A program made the translations under genes and the position numbers. The notes under the pieces were generated by a model. It ran no database searches. It had not been told where the DNA came from and was given only the letters and a program-made list of their open reading frames with translations. Source: Candidatus Didemnitutus mandela (GTDB lineage Bacteria; Verrucomicrobiota; Verrucomicrobiia; Opitutales; Opitutaceae). From it: 64,000 nucleotides of DNA. The DNA lies in NCBI GenBank assembly GCA_002591725.1, contig NJAL01000006.1, positions 80,057 through 144,056 of the forward strand, read 5' to 3'. Below, piece by piece: positions 1 to 11,229 of this stretch (position 1 is the stretch's first letter; each line of letters begins with the position of its first letter).

Positions 1-165
1 GGGGCCCCAGCCTCGGGCAAAGCAGCTTCCTCCTACAGGTTCGACAGGCTCGGCGCTGAGGTGGACCATATTCTGGACAAAATCAACAGGGAGGGTTTCG
101 GAGCGCTGACCGACCGGGAAAAGCAACTTCTCGATAAATTCTCGATGAGACCAAACGGGCACTAA
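1..165 (+). CDS. 3' end of a gene entering the window; DUF6576-like C-terminal domain, typical of rhomboid-family protease tails
   Basis: Frame 1 reads ...[31 protein letters not shown]...* with TAA at 163-165, matching the EVDxILDKIxxxGxxSLTxxEKxxL motif. Confidence 0.6.
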   Translation, partial: GAPASGKAASSYRFDRLGAEVDHILDKINREGFGALTDREKQLLDKFSMRPNGH

Positions 166-298
166 CACCCTTCGAACGCGTTTTCCAAGTAGTACACGAC
201 ACAAAACTCCCCGCTGACGGACCCCATTCCACTGTTTATCGGCCTATTAAACAATTTCTTCGCCCCCGCAGTTAAATGCACCATTTTTTTATCCCCAC

Positions 299-2449
299 AT
301 GATCTTCCGCCTCCGCGTTCTTTACCTTTTTGTTTTCTTGGGTTGTTCGACTGTTTTTGCGGCTCCCGATCGGAACTTCAACACAACCCCGCTCATGGCG
401 AGCGAAACACGAGCACTGGTTCAAATGGTTGAATGTTATCATTACAACCGCGATGCCGTCAACAACGCCGACTACAGCGAACTCATAGCAGACTACACGA
501 AACAGCTCGATCCGGAGAAGCTGTTTTTCACCATTCAGGATGAAACGGCCCTAAAAAATCAATATGCGTCGCACCTGCAGACCGATCTCGTCTACCTCGG
601 CAACATCGACTCTGCCTTTGCAATCTTCCGTCTCTATGAAAAACGCGTCCTGGCTCGCAGCATGTGGATTTTTGACCGCCTGAAAGGCAACTTCGATTTC
701 ACTCCAAAAGATTCTTTCGTGTTCAACCGCAACGGTTCTGCCTGGCCAGCAAGCAACTGCGACGCCGACACACTCTGGGAAATGCGCTTAAAATACCAAC
801 TTATCCCCTTTTTACTAGATGGGAAGACCATCGACGATGCCAAGGCCTCGGTCCGCAAAAACTACGAGCGTTTCGTGAAAAATGTCTCGGAAATCGAAGC
901 CAGCGAGATCCAGGAAATGTTCCTCACGAGCTTAACCCAGATGTACGATCCGCATTCCACCTTTTTCTCCGCCGACACCCTAGAGGACTTTAGCATCCAA
1001 ATGCGCCTGTCCTTCGTCGGCATCGGTCTCATGCTCACACTCGATGACGATGGCAACTGCGTCGTCGAAGACGTCATCCCAGGCGGCCCAGCCAACATCA
1101 GCCGAAAGATCAAAATAAACGACAAGATCATGGCCGTGTGCCAATCGGGCGAAGAACCTGTCGAAGTAACCGGTATGAAGCTCCGCCACATCGTCGATCT
1201 CATCCGCGGGAGAAAGGGTACCCAAGTAGCCCTTTCCATCATTCCGGCTACTACCGGCCGCGATTCGGTTGCCACCAAGAACGTCGTCATCGTTCGCGAC
1301 AACGTGAAGCTCTCCTCTCAGCGCGCGACTGCACAAATCTACAGCGTCCCGAACGGAGCAGGCGAAATTCAACCCGTGGGCGTCATCACCTTCAATGTCT
1401 TCTATGGTCTCGACGAAACTAGTCCAAAGGGCCTACAAAGTGGGCTAACGAAGGACGTGACCGAGCTCATCAAAAAACTCCAAAATAAAAATATCAAAGG
1501 GCTCGTGATCGACCTTCGCTGCAACGGCGGCGGCCTGCTCTCCGAAGCCATTGATCTGAGCGGTCTGTTCATCGGCAAAGGCCCAATCGTTCAAGTGCGC
1601 AACTCCCGTGGAGAGGTCACTATCGACAGCAGCGCCAATACCAAAATAAAATACGATGGCCCGCTTGCGGTCCTTACGTCACGCTTTAGCGCTTCGGCTT
1701 CCGAGATCTTCGCAGGCGCCATGCAAAACTATGGTCGTGCGATCATCGTAGGCGAGAGCTCTACTCACGGTAAAGGCACCGTCCAGGCCGTACTGGAGAT
1801 AAAAAATTTTCTTCCATTCCTCAGCAAAAATTCCGCCAACCGTGTCGGAGCAGTCAAACTCACTTTCCAGAAATTTTATCTTCCCAATGGCTCCTCCACC
1901 CAAGACAAGGGAGTCACACCAGACATCACGCTACCATCGATTGACGACTACCTGCCCTCCGTCGGCGAATCGCAGCTGCCGCATGCGCTGCTATGGGACA
2001 ATATCGATTCCGCACCCTTTATCGGTAAACCGTTGGAGCCTGCTTTTCTTTCTCCCCTAGTCCAAGCTAGCCGCAATCGCCAGCAACACCTCCCGGAGTT
2101 CATCCACCTCAATGGAAGCGTTGAGCATTTCAAAGCCGAAATAGAGCGCAAAACAACCTCGCTAAATCTCGACAAACGCCGCTCCGAAATGGAGGATATC
2201 AAAAAATTCGACAAGAAAGTAAACGATGCTTTCTGCAAGCTCACCAAAAACAACTTCGTTCATTACGAGGTCAAGCTCGACTCGGTAATTGATAGCGAAG
2301 CAGCGGGCAAAAAGCCAACACCTACGCTAGATAGAAGCAATACGGACGACACAGACTCCAAACTCGACGTACACCTACGCGAAGCTCTGCGGGTGGTCGT
2401 CGACGCCAAAGAGCTGGCCAAGGATCCTAAAATTCTGGGCCAACCGTAA
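299..2449 (+). CDS. prc: Carboxy-terminal processing (tail-specific) protease, S41A, with PDZ domain
   Basis: 716-aa ORF with signal peptide, YDPHS, PDZ, IDLRxNGGG, SASASEIFAGAMQ (catalytic Ser), THGKGTVQ (Lys), GVTPDI. Confidence 0.93.
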   Translation: MIFRLRVLYLFVFLGCSTVFAAPDRNFNTTPLMASETRALVQMVECYHYNRDAVNNADYSELIADYTKQLDPEKLFFTIQDETALKNQYASHLQTDLVYLGNIDSAFAIFRLYEKRVLARSMWIFDRLKGNFDFTPKDSFVFNRNGSAWPASNCDADTLWEMRLKYQLIPFLLDGKTIDDAKASVRKNYERFVKNVSEIEASEIQEMFLTSLTQMYDPHSTFFSADTLEDFSIQMRLSFVGIGLMLTLDDDGNCVVEDVIPGGPANISRKIKINDKIMAVCQSGEEPVEVTGMKLRHIVDLIRGRKGTQVALSIIPATTGRDSVATKNVVIVRDNVKLSSQRATAQIYSVPNGAGEIQPVGVITFNVFYGLDETSPKGLQSGLTKDVTELIKKLQNKNIKGLVIDLRCNGGGLLSEAIDLSGLFIGKGPIVQVRNSRGEVTIDSSANTKIKYDGPLAVLTSRFSASASEIFAGAMQNYGRAIIVGESSTHGKGTVQAVLEIKNFLPFLSKNSANRVGAVKLTFQKFYLPNGSSTQDKGVTPDITLPSIDDYLPSVGESQLPHALLWDNIDSAPFIGKPLEPAFLSPLVQASRNRQQHLPEFIHLNGSVEHFKAEIERKTTSLNLDKRRSEMEDIKKFDKKVNDAFCKLTKNNFVHYEVKLDSVIDSEAAGKKPTPTLDRSNTDDTDSKLDVHLREALRVVVDAKELAKDPKILGQP

Positions 2450-2475
2450 CCCCCGCAGCCGCGAGCCATCACCGC

Positions 2476-3324
2476 TTAAAAAGCGGCTAAGTAAAAGCGA
2501 TCGCGACCGGTCAGGTCCCGCAGCGACTGCACATGTTGAAAACCGGCACCTTGAGCAAGCCCGGCGAGACGGGAGTGTTGAGCGATACCGGTCTCAAGTA
2601 CAAGTTGGCCGGAAGGAGCCAGCCAGATTGGCGCTTGTTGAATAATCTTCGCCAGATCGGCGAGCCCGGAATCCCCGGCGCACAGCGCCATTCGCGGCTC
2701 AAAGTTACGCACTTCCGGCTGCGTCTCGTTAACCTCTTCGTTTGACAAGTAAGGTGGATTGCTTACAATTAATTCAAAGTGACCGTCCTCCGGAGCAAGC
2801 GACGCAAACCAGTCCGATTCCTTAAAAACAATCCTATTCGCCAAGTCGAGACCCACGGCATTTTCCTGGGCTAGCGTTAGCGCTTCCCTACTCCGATCAA
2901 CACCCAATACGCGCGCTTCGGGATATTTTTTGGCGAGCGCCAGGGCGATCGCTCCACTTCCGACACCAAGATTGAGAATTCGTTTCGGCGCCTCGCCTAG
3001 TTTTTCGCCGATTAACTCGATCAAAAATTCGGTTTCCGGTCGCGGAATGAGTGCCCGGCGGTCCACCTTAAGAGTCAGACTGGCAAACTCAGTCGAGCCG
3101 AGGATATATTGCAATGGCTCGCGGGATCCGCGGCGCTTCACCAGCGGTCGTATCTTTTCTAATTCCGGCTCGGTCAATAGACGTTCGAACTGCAAGTAAA
3201 GCTGCATGCGCTTCAGCCCCAGCGCATGTCCGACGAGCAGCTCGGCGTTAAGCCGCGGACTTTCCACGCCACATTTTTCGAAAAATCCAGTCGTTTTTTT
3301 TAGAATCTCAAGCACCGTCAGCAT
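2476..3324 (-). CDS. prmC: Release factor glutamine methyltransferase PrmC/HemK
   Basis: REPLQYILG, ALIPRPETE, SNPPY motifs; translationally coupled to prfA. Confidence 0.95.
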   Translation of the reverse strand: MLTVLEILKKTTGFFEKCGVESPRLNAELLVGHALGLKRMQLYLQFERLLTEPELEKIRPLVKRRGSREPLQYILGSTEFASLTLKVDRRALIPRPETEFLIELIGEKLGEAPKRILNLGVGSGAIALALAKKYPEARVLGVDRSREALTLAQENAVGLDLANRIVFKESDWFASLAPEDGHFELIVSNPPYLSNEEVNETQPEVRNFEPRMALCAGDSGLADLAKIIQQAPIWLAPSGQLVLETGIAQHSRLAGLAQGAGFQHVQSLRDLTGRDRFYLAAF

Positions 3325-4433
3325 TATTTGGAACCGTCTTCCAAGACCGCGCGCACGGCCACCGGAACTCCGGCGAGAGCAGCCAGCTTTTCCTCAAGTT
3401 CAGCCCGCTGCAGCACCTCGATCAAATCGTCGATTCTGCCTTCCATGACAGCAGGCAGGCTGTAGAGCGTAAGCCCGATCCGATGATCGGTCACACGATT
3501 CTGCGGAAAATTGTAAGTGCGGATACGTTCGCTGCGATTGCCGGAGCCAATTTGACTACGGCGTTGCGCGGCATATTTCGCATGTTCCTCGTCCTGCTTT
3601 TGTTGCAGCAACCGCGAACGAAGCACGGTCATCGCCTGGGCCTTATTCTTCTGCTGAGAGCGCCCGTCGGCGCAATAAACCGCCAAGCCCGCTGGCTTGT
3701 ACACAATACGCACGGCAGAGTCGGTCGTGTTCACACCCTGCCCCCCGGGACCGCTCGCCCGCTGCACCGTAATCTCCAAGTCCTGTGAATCGATCTGCAC
3801 ATCGACTTCTTCCGCCTCAGGCAACACTGCTACCGTCACGGTCGATGTGTGAATACGACCGCTCGTTTCCGTTACGGGCACGCGCTGCACGCGGTGGACG
3901 CCGCTTTCATACTTTAGCTGTTTATAAACACCGATTCCGGTGATGAGAAAGATAACTTCTTTAAAGCCACCGCGTTCCGAAAGGCTCGAGCTCATTGGCT
4001 GGATTTTCCAACCACGGCCTTCCGCATACTTTGCAAACAAGCGATAGAGGTCGGCAGCGAACAAGCTCGCTTCGTCGCCACCGGCACTCGCACGGATTTC
4101 CATGACAGTGTTGCGCGAGTCCATCAGCTCGGGAGGGATCATCGCCCGCAATATCCGCTCATGCAGCGCAGCGCGCTTTGCTTCCAATTCTGGCAATTCC
4201 TGGGAGACAAGTGTGTGGAGTTCGGGATCGCGCAAAAGCTTGGCATGTTCCAGGATTTCCTGCCCAAACTGCTCGTAGGCGTGATAGTTGTCGAGGAGTT
4301 CGCGTAATTGTTGGTGCTCTCGCGTAACCTCCACCGCGCAGCGCGAGTTTGAATAGAAGGATGGCTCCGCCATTTGCGCGTCGAGCTCGCCGAAACGCAG
4401 TTTAAAGGGAGCTATGTCAGGCAGACGGTCCAT
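3324..4433 (-). CDS. prfA: Peptide chain release factor 1
   Basis: ESGVHRVQRVPVTE (PxT recognition loop), GGQ motif, RIRTYNFPQNRVTDHRI; ATG at 4433 preferred. Confidence 0.97.
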   Translation of the reverse strand: MDRLPDIAPFKLRFGELDAQMAEPSFYSNSRCAVEVTREHQQLRELLDNYHAYEQFGQEILEHAKLLRDPELHTLVSQELPELEAKRAALHERILRAMIPPELMDSRNTVMEIRASAGGDEASLFAADLYRLFAKYAEGRGWKIQPMSSSLSERGGFKEVIFLITGIGVYKQLKYESGVHRVQRVPVTETSGRIHTSTVTVAVLPEAEEVDVQIDSQDLEITVQRASGPGGQGVNTTDSAVRIVYKPAGLAVYCADGRSQQKNKAQAMTVLRSRLLQQKQDEEHAKYAAQRRSQIGSGNRSERIRTYNFPQNRVTDHRIGLTLYSLPAVMEGRIDDLIEVLQRAELEEKLAALAGVPVAVRAVLEDGSK

Positions 4434-4531
4434 GGGCAAGCACAGGGAAAATTGCGAATTGCTTCAACTAAAGCGAGTAGCTTTGGTGGAGAGAAGTCGA
4501 CAACTTTTCCTCCTAATAGAAATTGTCCGCA

Positions 4532-5569
4532 ATGGCCTCAACGCTCTTCACGCAAAATATCATCGCCTGTATTTGGGATTTTGACAAGACTCTCATCCCT
4601 GCCTACATGCAGGCGCCGTTGTTCCAGCATTTTGGCATCGACGAATCCACGTTTTGGGCCGAGACGAATGCGTTGGCCGAAAACTATCGCCGCCGGGGTT
4701 ACAACATCTCGTCTGAGATCAGTTACCTAAACCACCTTCTAACTTACGTTCAAGCGGGGCCGATGGCGTGCCTCAATAATCGGATGTTACGCGAATGTGG
4801 CGCTAAAATCCAATTTTACTCAGGTCTGCCGGATTTTTTTTCCAAATCCCGCGCCTGGGTGAAAGCCAAAGCCGAATATGCGAAACATGAAATCGAGATC
4901 GAGCATTACATCGTAAGCACTGGTCTCGCAGAAATGGTACGCGGAAGCGCAATCGCAAATCAAGTGGACGGAATCTGGGCCTGCGAGTTCATCGAAAATT
5001 CCCTGCAGCCCGGCTTCCTGCGCCAAAAGGAATTCAACTTGGAAGCAGCCGCCGAGATCGCGCAGATCGGCGCTATGGTCGACAACACCACAAAGACGCG
5101 CGTTATTTTCGAAATCAACAAAGGGACGAACCGCAACCCAGCGATCGATGTCAACTCGAACATCACTCCGGAGGATCGCCGCATTCCCTTGCAAAATATG
5201 ATCTACATAGCCGACGGACCCAGTGATGTGCCTAGTTTCTCCGTCGTGAAAAAAGGCGGCGGGAAAACCTACGCAGTTTACAACCCTTCCATCCGCGCTG
5301 AGTTTGAGCAAAACGATCGCCTCCGCCAAGCTGGGCGCATCGACCACTACGGTCCAGCCGATTATACCTACAACAGCGCAACCTACAACTGGCTTCACTT
5401 GCAGATCGAAAAAACGTGTGACCGCATCGTCACCGACCGCGAGGCCGCACTCGCCTCTCGCGTTGCCCGACCGCCTCGTCACCTCAACGCACCTCTTGAA
5501 GAGGAAACAGCCATCGAGCGCACCACAATAAAGACACCGACGCCGAAACAAAGCTCTTTTTTAGAATAA
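4532..5569 (+). CDS. HAD-superfamily hydrolase
   Basis: Motif I WDFDKTL, motif II YIVSTG, motif IV YIADGPSDVPSF; intact ORF. Confidence 0.85.
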   Translation: MASTLFTQNIIACIWDFDKTLIPAYMQAPLFQHFGIDESTFWAETNALAENYRRRGYNISSEISYLNHLLTYVQAGPMACLNNRMLRECGAKIQFYSGLPDFFSKSRAWVKAKAEYAKHEIEIEHYIVSTGLAEMVRGSAIANQVDGIWACEFIENSLQPGFLRQKEFNLEAAAEIAQIGAMVDNTTKTRVIFEINKGTNRNPAIDVNSNITPEDRRIPLQNMIYIADGPSDVPSFSVVKKGGGKTYAVYNPSIRAEFEQNDRLRQAGRIDHYGPADYTYNSATYNWLHLQIEKTCDRIVTDREAALASRVARPPRHLNAPLEEETAIERTTIKTPTPKQSSFLE

Positions 5570-7918
5570 AAAGCACCGAACCCAAGGTCGTCGAAGCTAA
5601 GGGGTTAATCCGACGACCTATGGAACGATCAGTCGGGTGAAGTAAAAATGTGCAAGCCTCCAACTGCAAATTCAGCTACCGTCGTCAAGGTTGTAAAGGG
5701 AAACTGCGGGTTAATTTGAAAACCAGCCACTTCACCAGCGGCTCTGAACCACGGTACATCGACTAGAATCTTAAAATCCAGGCTCTCTTATCAGATTGCA
5801 GATTGAAAGCTCGGGGGCTCATAGCTTTCCACGAGCCATCGTCATACGCCACGGTGACCATCGCGTCGCTCGGCTGGAATTGCGCCTTCGCGCCTTCACC
5901 AATTTCAAGACGGAGCAGGCACAAACCGCAAGTCACGACCGACATTTTTTCGGTAACCACGGCGCCCAAGCCACAATTCCACGCCATCGCGGTACTAACA
6001 ATCGTCGGATCAATACCGGTTTTTTGGAGGTGACCCTTTTGTTCCACTGCGTATTGGGAGATCGCCACTTAGTCAAAAGCTGCTGCCATTGATCGCAAAA
6101 TTGAAAGACTTCTTGGAATTGGAAGCAACCACGTCGTCAGGGAAAACTGATGCGACCCCAATTAACTATGGGCGCCAATCTTTGTTCTATTGGTGGGGTT
6201 CTCTCTCCACGACTGCTTGGAGCACGTTTCCCAAATGTCCCTGTTCCAAAACGTATCCGGTCGCGAAAGCACAAAACATGGCGGAACAAAAAGGCACAAA
6301 AAATAACAACACGGATTAAATATATTTTTTTGTGAATAAAAATCGTCAAAAATGCTAAATTTTCTAGAAATCTAATAAAAAGCTGATTCAAAAAAAACTA
6401 TTTCTGCTCCCGCTGTACTGAAAGCCACCGAAAGAATGCGACAAAAGCCGGGATCGTCGATCGACACGACAGAGAGTAATCGCTAATCCTTTTTGAATGC
6501 GCCAGTCCGGGCTCGCTAGCTGGCTCTGTAGTTTTACACTAAGCCCGCCATAAGAGATATCTGCAATGGGAAATGCCCGCAAACTCTTCCGCCAGTTCCG
6601 GTTTCGGCCACATGAGCTAGCCAATAGACAGCCACAATGATCGAGGTTGAAGCTAGTCTCAGCAAACTCATCAGCGTTACCACCAAGCTCCGGTTTCAAT
6701 CCAGCTTCTAGGTTTCCCCCCCCGGCAAAGACTGCCGCCCTCAACTCAAACGGTAACGTCATCGGCGCTGAATTTCGCCAGCATTGGCTAAAATCGAGCG
6801 ATTCGCTCGCGTTTCCGTCCACTTCGAAAGCTGTAGATCGAGTTTAGTCTTTGCCAGCGCATCTAAAAACAGCATCGGCCGTGTCGTAGCCATTCGAGAA
6901 ATAGGCACGCAAAATAAATTATGTTTCTTCGTCTTTCATGACAACTCCATTCCTTTCTCAGAAGCAAAAGGAGCACTTTATTCCCGAAGCCCTGCTCTTT
7001 TCCGCTGCAGTGCCTCGCCCAAATGCGCTTTTCTACAAGACAGACTGGACATCGTCGCCCCATTCAGCACCTCCAACGTTTCGGCGCCCAATACGAAAAT
7101 TCTTCGAGATAAAGCAAGGTCAATGCCCCCGGTAAACTTCATCCACCTCCTGCAAAGCTTCCACCACAGGCTCAGCAATGAACTCGTTGTCAATCCTTCG
7201 AACTCCGTCAAGTATTCCGCTCGCCGCTGCCCGCACAAAAGCTCGCAGTACAAGGTCTGCAAGTAGCTATAATTCCACCTTCGCCACACCAACGAAACTG
7301 CTCTCCTTTCTTCTCCCAAATAAAAAGACCTGTTGCGTCAAATCGTAAAGCGTCCGCCAAGTATTTTGCCAAGCTCAACACAAAACAAAACAACGCTTTA
7401 TGTGGATCAGCGAGCTATTTGAAGACCTTCCGCAAACAGAAGACATCAGGGGGCTGCCTTTTGCACCTCGTTTCAGCGCCAGTTCTCCGCGTCATTGAGC
7501 ACCGAACACGATTGGACCTGCACTTTGCCAATACCTCCGCGCTGCTAATGCAGCTTCTGACCGGTCTGAAGTTGGCCGGTTTTTATCTCTTCGACAAACG
7601 CGACCCCGCTCTCGGCCCCTTTTCAAGGCATACAAATCGCGCTCGGCAAGAGGAGCTCTATGGCCACCGGCCGCCGCAGGCCGAAGAACAGTGGTTGTGT
7701 AGAATGTCTATGCGTTTCCCGATCAGACCGTTTGCGGTAGCGCTTCCAATATCCGGAGCCGTGGTGCCCCGCTTCTCGCCAGCTTCCAGCTGCTCAGCGC
7801 GCTAGGCTTCCCCGCACCCGAAGCGGTTGGACGCTAAGGACGTAGCCGAGTTGGAATAGGTAGCCACCATTCTACTCGCCCCCAGCAACCACCCGAAAAA
7901 ACTAATAGCAAAATTTTG

Positions 7919-7947
7919 TTGACGCGCGGAAGACGGGACTCTTTAAT
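7919..7947 (+). promoter_or_regulatory. Sigma70-like promoter of tRNA-Phe
   Basis: TTGACG (7919-7924), 17-bp spacer, TTTAAT (7942-7947), about 30 nt upstream of the tRNA. Confidence 0.65.
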
Positions 7948-7976
7948 TTGTGTTTTCTAGCCCAAAGAAAACACCG

Positions 7977-8052
<76 letters not shown>

Positions 8053-8834
8053 TTTAAAAAAATCCGACTAATTGCTAAAAAACTTAAATATATTTCCGTT
8101 TTTTCGAATTCGCAAACATGGTAGTCGATGTCTGACAAGAAAAATTTATCTATTTTTTCAAAACTCCTTGAATAAATCTCGACAAACATCCGATCCAACG
8201 CCTTTGCATAGAACGTCGCAAAATGGGAGCTCGGGAGGAGCTGTTGTGCCAATTGCGTTGATTTTCCGAATCAACCAGATTATGGATCAAGCAAAAGCCC
8301 ATTCGGGGGGCTTACCTTTAAGCAGTTGCATTCTACTCTGGAATTGCAAGCGGTATAGGTTGGTCCTGCCATCTTAATTGGCGTAATTAGTTTGACACGA
8401 AAATCGTACCAAAAAAATAGATTAATTGGTTCGTGCGATTACCAAAACTTAAAACAAGGGTCCAGCGGATCCACCGCATGTTACTACGGTGATAATATTC
8501 AATTGGCTTTCCTGATGCAACAAATTGCGAGAGATACCGCACATAGCAACCTCTGTCCAGGGAGGATCACAATCTCGTCGTTGTAACGAAAGGAATCGTC
8601 CATAGGCGATATTCGAAAATGCCAACCCACGTTGATTCCCTTTTTCCTGTCCGACTGTGCCTTCAATCAGGAGGCTTGGCAATAACACGCCAACAAAGGG
8701 CACAAAGCCAACGTTTTCCCAAAGAAGCACTGTTTATATTCTTCCGCTGCCGCGCGGACAGGGGTCGCTGCAGCCCACCTTCACTGAGGTCAGCGAACCG
8801 ACGCTGGCCGCGAGTCGCGCTTCGCGGTTATAGT

Positions 8835-9175
8835 TAGTTAAGAGCCAGCAGCCGTCGATATGCAAAAACTCCGTTTTTTGTACAAATACATACTTCTTAC
8901 CATAAGCGAAAAAATCGACGAACACCTGACCCTAATCGCAGCCGGGTTCGTGCACAAGTACGACCATCTTGGCCCGTTCGGCTAAAGGTCCCTCGTTCAC
9001 TCTCAGTATGAATGGGGTACCAGCCGTCGGTCAATGCAACTCGTGAGGAAATTTGAAATCGCACACCAAACAAGCCACATAGCGGGCCCGCATCAGCCGC
9101 TCTGCGGCTGGCTTGCGGTCAACAAGCTATCGAGAGCCTCAAAATTCGAACCGCTGCACACGGGCCAGGGCTGCC
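8835..9175 (-). pseudogene. YchJ-family (SEC-C) protein remnant
   Basis: Across frames: QPWPVCSGSNFE.. (CPCGSG decayed), AERLMRARYVA, and C-terminal VDFFAYGKKYVFVQKTEFLHIDGCWL. Confidence 0.65.
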
Positions 9176-9329
9176 TATGTTTTGTCAAAATTTTTCGAAG
9201 CGTCGCTATGTCGATTCTGCTTTCCAGATACAGAGGGCAATCGCCAAAGCTGTTTCTTCCGCCCCAGGCTAGGGCTGCCGTTTCAGGAAACACAGAGAAA
9301 GCCTTCGATCATAGCGACAGCTTCGGGCT

Positions 9330-9710
9330 TTCGATGCCAAGCGGCGTCTATGAGACGCGATCAAATGTTCCTGCTATTGCGCAATCATTTTTCTCAGGAC
9401 AAATTTCCCATTGTCTCGGCCTGTAAAACCCGTTGTTGTAAACTTGGATTGTCGATTTTTTCCAAATCGAAGCGAAGCATATCTTCCTCCTTTTCGGAAA
9501 ATTTTATGGAGTCCGTTTGGTTTGGCCTGCGTGCCGTTGAAATAGTCGACCTATTTCGCAAGCTTCAGTATATGGTCAAGTTCTTCGGACGCGTATTTTT
9601 TCAAGTTCTCGGCAATGGCAGCCGATTTCGCATCTTTCATCATGGAACTATAGACCACGTAGAGAATGACCACTTGGAGTTCTCGCGCAAGGTCTTCGTT
9701 TTGGTTCACC
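9330..9710 (-). pseudogene. Bacterioferritin/ferritin-like protein remnant
   Basis: NEDLARELQVVILYVVYS..YASEELDHILKLAK*VDYF..SEKEEDMLRFDLE..QEHL; internal stops and frameshifts. Confidence 0.75.
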
Positions 9711-11229
9711 CGGAACAGAGTGTCGGGGAAACTCCGATGCCCGCTTGGAAATTAGGCAAGGCCGCGCTGCTCCGTAGCCGACCTTCTGTGAAAAATCGAC
9801 CTACTCCGGACAGCAATACATGCGCGCTAGCAAACATCGTTATCAAACACAAGGCGACGCGCGCTCAGTGCGGCCACTAGTGCCTCACTTCAACATAACG
9901 GGTAGCTCTAAGCGCCCATCCCCAAACCTTACCCTAAGCTAAATTGGCCCACAATCGATTCATACGATCGGCAGTGCTTCAGGTGATCGTGCACAATGGG
10001 CATCAAACACCACTTCGTTTCCCTGGTATTCCTCCGCCACTTTTTCCAAAACCACACGTACCGTGGCCGGCTAGCCAATAATAGCACGACGCTCCTCCGA
10101 TATTGTTGCTTCTGCCAACAAACCTTCTGTTTTTAGGAAATAGAGGGCCTTTTTCTACCACCAGCACTACGACGAACCAGCCGTGCAGTAACAACGTCAA
10201 GGCCATCCCGAAAACCGCTGTGCTAATGCCCCTCTGGGATTATACCAGCGCGGGAAACAAATCAGAAGCCAAATTCGTATTCGGTGTTTTTCGTCTCAGC
10301 CAGGCCCGCCTGGCGGTTATTGAAGTTCCCAACCTTTCCAGACATCAAAACGGAGAAATGCCGTCACGCTCCACTAGTTTTATCGCAAAAAACCAATAGC
10401 GTTCAGCTTCGACATTTTTAGGCTTCAGTAGATCATCGTTTTTCATCTTACCGCCGGTTAATTCTGGAAGATCTAACGGGATCGATCAACAAAACCTGGT
10501 CGGGAAAACGTTATCCCCAGGGTTATGGTACATCATTGACCTCACTAGCAGCGAACTCTGGGGTGATACCCATATGTGAGGGTGTTTGTCAGAATTTGTC
10601 CTCAACTCCCCCTAGATCGCCCAAGGACGTCGGGCCGCCGTTACAGCACTCCGTTCGCCATCGCCTTCGCCTATAGCTTTATCTGCAAGCATGCCGCGGC
10701 TCGCTGTCACGCCTTAGAAATTTTCGCGACGTTAAACGCCGCCTGGCGTTTTTTGTAGATCGATCTCAACTCGCTTCCCCAAAAATTTAGCAGTGATTAT
10801 CTAGTCAAATAATTAATCAATAAGGCCGCCGCTCGTTGAGATCAGGGCACACGGACAACAATTCCGGAAGCAACATGCACTCACTAACGCATTGTTGGAA
10901 ATCGGATTGCCGTATCCAGCGGGCATTTGGTCTCCGACGCATCGCATAAAGCTCTTCGGAGCATTTGTGTGGCATTGCTCAGCGTCCTCCGTTGTCTCAG
11001 TGTCGCGATACTCGACCACTCCTGCTCCCGCATCTTCATGGTCTCGGAACACTAGCCTAAAAACCCAGGTCTTGGCAGTCAAGGTGGTCCCCTCCCTAGC
11101 TGCGCGCTTTCAAACGCCCGAAACATCCGTGACCACTTTCTTCGAACACATATATTTATGATTTAAATAATTGCACGATCTGTAGAATTAATGTCGACGG
11201 CGTAGTCGCACGCCCTAGCGGGCCTGAGC

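Noticed and set aside
9113-9880. 255-aa plus-strand ORF
   Set aside because: It is the antisense shadow of the bacterioferritin pseudogene on the minus strand.
10813-11200. Possible type II secretion pseudopilin remnant
   Set aside because: Weak C-terminal resemblance only; no N-terminal methylation motif can be recovered.
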